NCBI GenBank assembly: GCA_015064155.1
Contig: SVST01000015.1
Coordinates: forward strand, 7,901-71,900
Source of the DNA: Oscillospiraceae bacterium
GTDB lineage: Bacteria; Bacillota; Clostridia; Oscillospirales; CAG-272
Direction: 5' to 3'
DNA: 64,000 nucleotides
The notes beneath the pieces were generated by a model that was not told the DNA's origin, searched no databases, and was given only the letters and a program-made list of their open reading frames with translations. Numbering within the stretch: position 1 is the stretch's first letter; every line of letters starts with the position of its first letter. Below, in pieces: positions 37,802-44,984 of the stretch. Both the position numbers and the translations under genes were made by a program.

Positions 37802-38020
37802 TTAAGATTCCTTTCCGATATTTTGGGATTCAGGGGAGGGAAGATGTGAGCGAATTGACTTTTCCAGTTTGACACGGTCAACCGTCATATCTCTTGCGCA
37901 GGTTTCACATTTTACGCGAACCTCACTTCCCACGCGCAAGATTAAAAAAACGTTCCCCCCGCACGGGTGCTTTTTTTTCATTTGCACGCGATCATTGACA
38001 TGAAGCGGAATAATCTGCAT
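37802..38020 (-). CDS. DUF951-like small protein
   Basis: A 72-aa protein, MQIIPLHVNDRVQMKKKHPCGGNVFLILRVGSEVRVKCETCARDMTV, matching the DUF951 pattern (KKxHPCG...R.G.D.R.KC..C) as I recall it. The RBS is GGAGGAAG. Only the last 72 codons of track ORF 37802..38707 are used. Confidence 0.65.
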   Translation of the reverse strand: MQIIPLHVNDRVQMKKKHPCGGNVFLILRVGSEVRVKCETCARDMTVDRVKLEKSIRSHLPSPESQNIGKES

Positions 38021-38086
38021 GGCTTCCTCCTGACGAAAAAATGGCAGCCGTTGGTCAATCACTGCCGAATTGCATATAGACATATA

Positions 38087-38115
38087 TATTATAACATAAA
38101 AGAAAGTGTCTGTAA
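38087..38115 (-). promoter_or_regulatory. sigma-A type promoter for the DUF951-yfhO-ruvA-yfhO-ruvB operon
   Basis: On the minus strand: TTTACA (38110-38115), a 17-nt spacer ending in TGt, then TATAAT (38087-38092). Confidence 0.55.
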
Positions 38116-38166
38116 ACCCAATTTCTGTATTTTTAAACGTTTTTTCAAAAAAAAGAGAAATATCAT

Positions 38167-38195
38167 TTGACAGAACGACTTTTTGGTGGTATAAT
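38167..38195 (+). promoter_or_regulatory. sigma-A type promoter for ruvC
   Basis: TTGACA (38167-38172), a 17-nt spacer ending in TGg, then TATAAT (38190-38195). Confidence 0.65.
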
Positions 38196-38248
38196 ACAGA
38201 GTGGATGTTTATGTCAAAACAACGCTTTGCGGAGAAAGGAACGAAACT

Positions 38249-38746
38249 ATGGTGATTCTTGGAATCGACCCCGGGCTGGCAATTGTCGGTTGGGGCGTGA
38301 TCGAATATCGGAATGCACGATTTCGAACGCTGGCTTACGGTTCCTTGCAAACTCCGGCGGGAATGCGTACCGAGGAACGGCTCGCAAAAATTTTTGACGG
38401 TCTTAACGAGCTGATTGAAGCCTATCACCCCGATGCCGTTGCGGTGGAGGAGCTTTTTTTCAACACCAATATCACAACGGGTATTCGCGTAGCTGAGGCT
38501 CGCGGTGTGATCCTTTTGGCGGCGGAGCGCAGAGGAATTCCGATCTTTGAATACACGCCTTTGCAGGTGAAGCAGGCTGTCGTGGGATACGGTCGCGCCG
38601 AGAAGAAACAAGTGATTACCATGGTTACCATGCTTTTGGGACTGCAAAAGCCGCCAAAGCCCGATGATACGGCGGATGCCTTGGCGATTGCCATTTGCCA
38701 CGCGCACAGCGGTTGCTCGCGTTTGGCGGACTACTACAACAAATAA
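38249..38746 (+). CDS. ruvC: crossover junction endodeoxyribonuclease RuvC
   Basis: Contains ILGIDPGLAIVGWGVIE with the first catalytic Asp, and DAADALAIAICH. ATG 38249 follows GGAGAAAGGA. Confidence 0.9.
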   Translation: MVILGIDPGLAIVGWGVIEYRNARFRTLAYGSLQTPAGMRTEERLAKIFDGLNELIEAYHPDAVAVEELFFNTNITTGIRVAEARGVILLAAERRGIPIFEYTPLQVKQAVVGYGRAEKKQVITMVTMLLGLQKPPKPDDTADALAIAICHAHSGCSRLADYYNK

Positions 38747-38772
38747 TGAATCCTTGAAAGGATACGGATAAG

Positions 38773-39636
38773 ATGCTGTTTTCGGAAAATTGGAAAGATT
38801 ACGAATTGCTGGATACGTCGGACGGAGAACGCTTGGAGCGTTGGGGAGAGTATATTCTGGTGCGACCCGATCCGCAGATTATATGGAAAAACGTCGCGCG
38901 TCATCCGGCATGGAAGCGTGCCGATGCCGTTTACCGTCGCTCCAATTCGGGAGGCGGAGGTTGGGTAAAAAATCACCTGCCCGAATCCTGGAAGATCTCC
39001 TACGGGAATTTGACCTTCCTTTTGCGTCCGATGGGCTTTAAGCATACGGGACTTTTTCCCGAGCAGGCGGCAAACTGGGATTGGTTTTCGAATTTGATCC
39101 GAAAAGCCGACCGTCCGATCAAGGTGTTGAATCTGTTTGCCTATACCGGAGGCGCAACCGTGGCGGCGGCGTCTGCGGGAGCATCGGTCGTGCACGTGGA
39201 TGCGTCGCGCGGAATCGTTGCGCAGGCAAAGGAAAATGCCGCACTTTCGGGACTTTTCGAAGCTCCGATCCGATACATCGTGGACGATTGCAAGAAGTTT
39301 GTTGAGCGTGAGATCCGTCGCGGGAATCATTACGACGGGATTATCATGGATCCGCCGTCCTACGGGCGCGGCCCCGGCGGCGAGGTGTGGAAGCTGGAGG
39401 ATAGCATCGACGAGCTGATTACGTTGGCTTCGCGTCTGCTGTCCGACCGTCCGCTGTTCTTTTTGGTCAATTCGTATACGACGGGACTTTCGCCCTTGAC
39501 GATGAGCTATCTTTTGGAGCTGAAGGTGAAGAGCCGATTCGGCGGAGATATTGAAACGGGAGAATTGGGATTGCGTGTTACGCAAACCGGAGCGTTTTTG
39601 CCATGCGGTGCAAGCTCAAGATGGTTTGCAAAATGA
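38773..39636 (+). CDS. class I SAM-dependent (rRNA-type, RlmI/RlmK-like) methyltransferase
   Basis: Contains LNLFAYTGGATVAAA as the SAM motif and IIMDPPSYGRG as motif IV. Confidence 0.65.
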   Translation: MLFSENWKDYELLDTSDGERLERWGEYILVRPDPQIIWKNVARHPAWKRADAVYRRSNSGGGGWVKNHLPESWKISYGNLTFLLRPMGFKHTGLFPEQAANWDWFSNLIRKADRPIKVLNLFAYTGGATVAAASAGASVVHVDASRGIVAQAKENAALSGLFEAPIRYIVDDCKKFVEREIRRGNHYDGIIMDPPSYGRGPGGEVWKLEDSIDELITLASRLLSDRPLFFLVNSYTTGLSPLTMSYLLELKVKSRFGGDIETGELGLRVTQTGAFLPCGASSRWFAK

Positions 39637-39659
39637 TTTGAGAGGAGACAGGGAAGACC

Positions 39660-40538
39660 GTGTCTGAAATTTTGATTCATACCGAAAATTTGAGCTTCAG
39701 TTATACCGACGAAACCGGTGCGGACGAGCATCCTGCGCTGGACGGTATCACGGTGGATATCAAAAAAGGCGAGTACGTCGCAGTGCTGGGGCATAACGGC
39801 TCCGGAAAATCCACCTTTGCCAAGCTTTTGAACTTGATTTTGGAGCCGACGGGCGGTCGTCTTGTGATTGACGGAATCGATCTGACCGATCACGAAATCA
39901 GCGATGAGGAGCTGTTACGGCTTCGTCGTACGGTGGGCATGGTGTTCCAAAATCCCGATAACCAACTGGTGGCAACCATCGTTGAGGAGGACGTGGCGTT
40001 CGGACCCGAAAATCTGGGGGTTCCGCAGCCCGAGCTGCGTCAGCGCGTTGACGATGCCTTGGAGGCGGTTGGTATGACGTCGTACGCAAAGCACGAGCCG
40101 CATCGCTTGTCGGGCGGACAAAAGCAGCGCGTTGCCATCGCGGGAGTAATTGCCATGATGCCGAAATGCATCATTTTTGACGAATCGACCGCCATGCTGG
40201 ATCCCAGCGGACGAAAAGAGGTATTGGATACCATCCGTATGCTGAACCGTGAGCATGGCATTACGGTGTTGAATATTACGCACTACATGAACGAGGCGGC
40301 AATGGCTGACCGCGTGTTGGTGATCAACGACGGCAAGCTGCTCCTGGACGGTACCCCCGACGAGGTCTTTGCGCAACGAGAACTTTTGTGCGAGGTTGGC
40401 TTGGACGTGCCACAATGTGCCGCATTGATTCATGAATTGCGGGCGGCAGGTCTTCCCGTAAAGGGAGATCGGATCGCAACCACGGAGGGCTGTGTTGAGA
40501 TGCTTGCCGAGCTGTTTGAGAATTTGGAAACAAGGTAG
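39660..40538 (+). CDS. ecfA: ECF transporter ATPase component 1
   Basis: Contains Walker A GHNGSGKST, the ABC signature LSGGQKQRVAIAG and Walker B IIFDEST. The start is GTG. Confidence 0.9.
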   Translation: MSEILIHTENLSFSYTDETGADEHPALDGITVDIKKGEYVAVLGHNGSGKSTFAKLLNLILEPTGGRLVIDGIDLTDHEISDEELLRLRRTVGMVFQNPDNQLVATIVEEDVAFGPENLGVPQPELRQRVDDALEAVGMTSYAKHEPHRLSGGQKQRVAIAGVIAMMPKCIIFDESTAMLDPSGRKEVLDTIRMLNREHGITVLNITHYMNEAAMADRVLVINDGKLLLDGTPDEVFAQRELLCEVGLDVPQCAALIHELRAAGLPVKGDRIATTEGCVEMLAELFENLETR

Positions 40539-40550
40539 AAGAGGCGGAGA

Positions 40551-41519
40551 ATGAACAAGATTTTTTTGGAGAACGTCAGTTATATATACGGCGAGGGAAC
40601 ACCGTTTGAGCAAAAGGCGTTGGACGGTGTTTCGGTAGGGATCCCCGAGGGCTGTATTACGGGGATTATCGGACATACGGGTTCCGGAAAATCTACCATG
40701 ATGCAGCTTTTGAACGGCTTAGCTGTTCCGAAGAGTGGAAGAATTCTCTTGGACGGTGACGACATCAATGCGCGCCTTGAGGACGTTTTTGACGATTGGA
40801 GAACCTTGCCCGAGTATTGCGAGCTTTCCAAAAGGGCGGCAAAGAAACGGATTCGCCGTGAGCTTGCCGAACGCAGACGCAAGCTGTGCTTTCGGGTTGG
40901 TCTTGTGATGCAATATCCCGAATACCAGCTGTTTGAGGAAACCGTTTTCAAGGATATCGCATACGGACCCACCAACATGGGTCTTTCGGAGGAGGAGATT
41001 CGCGAACGCGTGCTGGAGGCGGCACGGTTTACCGGTCTTTCCGAGGATTTGTTGGAGAAATCCCCGTTTGATCTTTCGGGCGGACAAAAGCGGCGCGTTG
41101 CGTTGGCGGGTGTCATTGCGATGCGTCCCGAGGTACTGGTGCTCGATGAGCCGGCGGCAGGATTGGATCCGCGCGGTCGCGACTTTATCTTTGAGGGAAT
41201 CCGCAACTATCAGAAATGTGCGGGGAATACGGTGCTGATCGTCAGTCACAGCATGGAGGATATGGCTCGCTATTGTGACAATATGATCGTGATGGCAGAC
41301 GGTAAGATTTTGGCAGAGGGGGACGTGGAAACCGTGTTTTCTTACGTTGACGAGCTGTCAACCGTAGGGCTGGATATTCCGCAGATCACGCATCTTGTTC
41401 AGCTTCTGCGGAAAAAGGGCTTGTTGCTTCCCGAAAATCTGTACACGGTGGAGAGCGCAACCGAAGCGATTCTTGCCAAGTACCGTCAAAAAAGCGGAAA
41501 AGGAGGCAGTCTGCAATGA
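40551..41519 (+). CDS. ecfA: ECF transporter ATPase component 2 (with an internal insertion)
   Basis: Contains Walker A GHTGSGKST, the signature LSGGQKRRVALAG and Walker B LVLDEPAAGLD. Confidence 0.9.
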   Translation: MNKIFLENVSYIYGEGTPFEQKALDGVSVGIPEGCITGIIGHTGSGKSTMMQLLNGLAVPKSGRILLDGDDINARLEDVFDDWRTLPEYCELSKRAAKKRIRRELAERRRKLCFRVGLVMQYPEYQLFEETVFKDIAYGPTNMGLSEEEIRERVLEAARFTGLSEDLLEKSPFDLSGGQKRRVALAGVIAMRPEVLVLDEPAAGLDPRGRDFIFEGIRNYQKCAGNTVLIVSHSMEDMARYCDNMIVMADGKILAEGDVETVFSYVDELSTVGLDIPQITHLVQLLRKKGLLLPENLYTVESATEAILAKYRQKSGKGGSLQ

Positions 41520-42343
41520 GTAACGGAATTTCCTTTGGACAGTATTATCCCGCCGATTCCTTGTTGCATCGACTGGATCCGAGAACCAAGGTCTTGATGA
41601 CGGTTTTGTATATTGTTTGTACCTTTTTGTGCCGCAGTTTGCTTTCCTTTGCGGTATTGACGGCATCGGCGATCGTATTGGTGGCAATCAGCCGCATTCC
41701 GATCCGCATGATCCTCTCTTCTTTGCGTCCGATTCTGTTTATCATCGTATTTACCTCGTTGATCAACGTGTTTATGACGCGTGGAGAACAGCTCCTGACT
41801 CCTCCCGAATGGAAAATCAAGATTTATGCCGAGGGAATCTGGACAGCCTTTTTCATGATCTTGCGTATTTCAACGTTGATTATCGGTACAAGCGTGTTCT
41901 TGACGTACACCACGACACCGATTGCTTTGACCGACGCTTTGGAAGCGTTGCTGTCCCCTTTGAAAAAGATCAAGATTCCCGTACACGATTTTGCCATGAT
42001 GATGACGATTGCTTTGCGGTTTATTCCGACCCTGAGTGAGGAAACGCGAAAGATCATGAATGCGCAAAAGGCACGGGGAGCCGATTTTACAAGCGGCAGC
42101 TTGTTGCGCCGCGCAAAAGCGTTGATTCCGATTTTGGTGCCGTTGTTTGTATCGGCTTTCAATCGCGCGTTTGAATTGGCGGCGGCGATGGAATGCCGTT
42201 GTTATCACGGCGGTGAGGGAAGAACGCGCCTGAAGGTTTTGCGATTCCGAGCCGTTGATTTTGTCATGCTCGTTTTGTTGGTCGGTGTCGGTGTCGGTCT
42301 TGTGTTCCTGAACCGAAACGGTTTGGGATATGCCATGAAGTGA
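41516..42343 (+). CDS. ecfT: ECF transporter transmembrane component
   Basis: A polytopic protein with the conserved AQKARGAD coupling-helix motif. Its start overlaps the ecfA stop. Confidence 0.85.
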   Translation: MSNGISFGQYYPADSLLHRLDPRTKVLMTVLYIVCTFLCRSLLSFAVLTASAIVLVAISRIPIRMILSSLRPILFIIVFTSLINVFMTRGEQLLTPPEWKIKIYAEGIWTAFFMILRISTLIIGTSVFLTYTTTPIALTDALEALLSPLKKIKIPVHDFAMMMTIALRFIPTLSEETRKIMNAQKARGADFTSGSLLRRAKALIPILVPLFVSAFNRAFELAAAMECRCYHGGEGRTRLKVLRFRAVDFVMLVLLVGVGVGLVFLNRNGLGYAMK

Positions 42344-42350
42344 TTTTTTT

Positions 42351-43109
42351 ATGAAAATTTTACTGAAGATCAGCTACGTGGGCACTGCATATTGCGGATA
42401 TCAGGTACAGCCGAACGGCACGAGCATTCAACAAAAGCTCAATGAGGCGGCAGAGGCTGTGTTCGGATATCGGTGCGATATCGTGGGCTGCAGCCGTACC
42501 GACAGCGGTGTGCATGCCAATATGTTTTGCGCAACGGTAGCCGAGGAAAAAAAGAATGAATTGAAGACCTCCGTTCCGATTTCACGGATTCCGCTTGCAC
42601 TGTCGGCATATTTGCCTGCCGATATTTGCGTCTATGATGCATCTTGGGTGGACGACGACTTCCATGCCCGTTACGACGTAAAGGAAAAAGAGTACGTCTA
42701 CCGCTTTTATAACCGAGCCGTTCGGAGTCCGTTTGAGGATGGAAGATCGGCGCACGTTCCGAAGCCGATTTCGTCCGAGGATGTTGCGCGGATGCATTCT
42801 GCCGCGCAAACGCTTTGCGGAACGCATGATTTTGCCGCATATATGGCACAAGGGTCATCGGTAACGAGCACGGTCAGAACGATTACTCACGCATCGGTTC
42901 GGCGCGAGGGGGACGTGATTCTCTTTACGGTTGCCGCCGACGGCTTTCTTTACAACATGGTGCGGATTCTCGCGGGCACGCTTTTGGCTGTCGGGCAGGG
43001 AAAGCTGACCGTTGCCGACGTGGAATCGATCACTGCATCGCGTGACAGAACGCGTGCGGGAACAACCATGCCTGCTTGCGGCTTGTATTTGAATCGAGTA
43101 ATTTACTGA
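42351..43109 (+). CDS. truA: tRNA pseudouridine(38-40) synthase
   Basis: Contains the GCSRTDSGVHA catalytic-Asp motif. It sits in the classical ecfAAT-truA order. Confidence 0.9.
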   Translation: MKILLKISYVGTAYCGYQVQPNGTSIQQKLNEAAEAVFGYRCDIVGCSRTDSGVHANMFCATVAEEKKNELKTSVPISRIPLALSAYLPADICVYDASWVDDDFHARYDVKEKEYVYRFYNRAVRSPFEDGRSAHVPKPISSEDVARMHSAAQTLCGTHDFAAYMAQGSSVTSTVRTITHASVRREGDVILFTVAADGFLYNMVRILAGTLLAVGQGKLTVADVESITASRDRTRAGTTMPACGLYLNRVIY

Positions 43110-43146
43110 TTTTTGATAAATCCTTGCGAAAGGAGGGAATGCGTAC

Positions 43147-44352
43147 GTGAAAAAGCCGTTTGGGCGCAAAAAGAAGGATCTGACGATGCCCGAAATGCCG
43201 CCAAACCCGTACTATGAAACGATATCGGCTCGGTTGGGAATTTTGCAGGTCGTTTTGTATATGTCTTTGTTCGTGTTCGTGATTCTCTCGATTTTGCGCA
43301 ATACCGAATTGATTACGTATCGAAATTTTTATCTTTTCTTCAAGGACTTGAACGTATCCTTCAAGGCGGTTGACGTGTTTGAAACCGATTCGGTTTCCTA
43401 TACGACCTCCGAGGAGCAGTCGTTTACCTTATATCGCAACGGCTTGGCTGTTGTCGGAAACAATTCCGTAACGGTTTTTACCGAAACGGGACGTCAGACC
43501 GTCAGCGAAACCATCTCCTATAAAAATCCCATGGCGGACGGCTCGGGCAAATATCTTTTGGTGTACGAGATGGGAGGCACACAGTATTCGCTGTACAATT
43601 CCTTCAAAAGGCTTTACACCGGAACAACCGACTATCCCATTCAACGTGCCGTGGTATCGGAGAGTGGCTTGTATGCCATCGTATCGGCTTCCAAGGATTA
43701 CCCCTCGGTGGTTTCCTTGTATAACAGTCATTTTTCGCTGATTAACCGATATAATAAAAAGGGCTACGTGATGGATCTTGACATCAATGCAAAGGGAACG
43801 CAGATTGCCATTTTGTCTACGTCCTCGGTTGGCGGAATCTACGAAACCGAGCTTATGCTGCACCGTCCCAAAAGCGAGGAGAAAGCCGTTACGGTGCAGA
43901 TCGGAAGCTCGTTGGGCGTCCGATGTGCCTATACCGCATCGGGCGGTGTCGGCGTTTTGACCGGCAACGGATATTGCTACGTCAAGGACGCGCGCGTGCA
44001 GGAAAGCTTTGATTTCGGCGAACGCAGTATTTTGAGTGCCGACATTGGATCCGACGGCTTTGCGGTTTGTCTGCGCGACGGCTCGGTTTCCGAGCAAAAC
44101 GAGCTGGTGGTGTTTGACAAGAACGGGAAGCTTTGTTATCGGGAATACGCCCCGGTCTTCCCAAATCAGGTCGAATTTGCGGGGAATACGGTTTTTCTGT
44201 TGCACGACAGCGGAATTACTCGCGTCAATATCAAAACCGGCAAGCTTTCGCGCTTTTCCTGCGTGACGGACGGCAAGCGGATTTTGGTGCAAAGCGAAGC
44301 GGAGCTGTTGCTTTGTTCACCGCAAAAGGCGGAGTTTATTCATTTCTCGTAG
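43147..44352 (+). CDS. N-terminally anchored hypothetical protein (DUF5711-like)
   Basis: A GTG start lies 9 nt after AGGAGGG. One TM helix (LGILQVVLYMSLFVFVILSIL) precedes an extracytoplasmic, beta-rich domain of about 330 aa. The domain assignment is from memory only. Confidence 0.5.
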   Translation: MKKPFGRKKKDLTMPEMPPNPYYETISARLGILQVVLYMSLFVFVILSILRNTELITYRNFYLFFKDLNVSFKAVDVFETDSVSYTTSEEQSFTLYRNGLAVVGNNSVTVFTETGRQTVSETISYKNPMADGSGKYLLVYEMGGTQYSLYNSFKRLYTGTTDYPIQRAVVSESGLYAIVSASKDYPSVVSLYNSHFSLINRYNKKGYVMDLDINAKGTQIAILSTSSVGGIYETELMLHRPKSEEKAVTVQIGSSLGVRCAYTASGGVGVLTGNGYCYVKDARVQESFDFGERSILSADIGSDGFAVCLRDGSVSEQNELVVFDKNGKLCYREYAPVFPNQVEFAGNTVFLLHDSGITRVNIKTGKLSRFSCVTDGKRILVQSEAELLLCSPQKAEFIHFS

Positions 44353-44406
44353 CCGACTATCAAGTGTTGCGCGACGGTGCGGCACAAAATGAGGGAGGAA
44401 TCTTGT

Positions 44407-44874
44407 ATGGGACCTTTGATTGCGGATATCGCGCTGTCGGGTATTGCTCTGCTGAGCGTACTGATCGGCGCAAAACGCGGTTTTATCAAAACCGTGATTC
44501 ACTATTTGAAATTCGTTTTGGCGGTGGCTGCCGCCTACGCGTTGGGAGATCGCTTTCCAAATCCGATCGTCGGTTACGTTGCGGTGTTTCTGACTACCTT
44601 GATTCTTCTTTGGTTGGTTGCGATTCTTCTGACGAAAACGATCGAGCATATTCCTCTTTTGGGAGGCTTGAACAGCCTTTTGGGGGCAGTGCTCGGCGGG
44701 GTGATTGCCGTCACGCTTTTATTGATCGTTGCCTCAACCGTCAAGGCTCTTTGGGGGGATACGGCATTTTATACCGATTCGGTGATTCTTCGCTTTTTAG
44801 GAGATTCGTCGTTGCTTGAAAAGATGAAATTTTTGGACATCGGAAAAGCCTATTTGTCAAGGCTTTCCAAGTAA
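44407..44874 (+). CDS. cvpA: CvpA-family membrane protein
   Basis: ATG 44407 follows GAGGGAGGA. A small four-TM protein with an N-terminal ..IGAKRGFIKTV.. pattern. Confidence 0.6.
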   Translation: MGPLIADIALSGIALLSVLIGAKRGFIKTVIHYLKFVLAVAAAYALGDRFPNPIVGYVAVFLTTLILLWLVAILLTKTIEHIPLLGGLNSLLGAVLGGVIAVTLLLIVASTVKALWGDTAFYTDSVILRFLGDSSLLEKMKFLDIGKAYLSRLSK

Positions 44875-44984
44875 AAAGCGATTGCTTTTTAAAACGGTTT
44901 ATCGGAAAATAAACACTTTTTAGATTTGGAAAATATTTTACGGAAAGGGGTACGGACTTTTTTGAGGGTCTGTATCGAAAGCTC

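Noticed and set aside
38160-38200. A possible LexA/DinR SOS box at the ruvC promoter (AGAACGACTTTTTG)
   Set aside because: Only the GAAC half-site is present. The GTTC half at the required spacing is missing.
37802-38707. A 301-aa minus-strand ORF spanning the ruvC region
   Set aside because: Only the last 72 codons (37802-38020) form a credible gene; they resemble DUF951 and have an RBS. The upstream part runs antisense through ruvC and across both promoters.
44133-44819. A 228-aa plus-strand ORF bridging the DUF5711-like and cvpA genes. The similar ORFs 1203..2102 and 24468..24842 are alternative-frame ORFs.
   Set aside because: They are out of frame with better-supported genes, Arg/Gly-rich, and lack an RBS.
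44875-44984. A CtsR operator (tandem GGTCAAA heptads) upstream of the clpC-like gene
   Set aside because: No GGTCAAA or TTTGACC heptad is present on either strand in the intergenic region.
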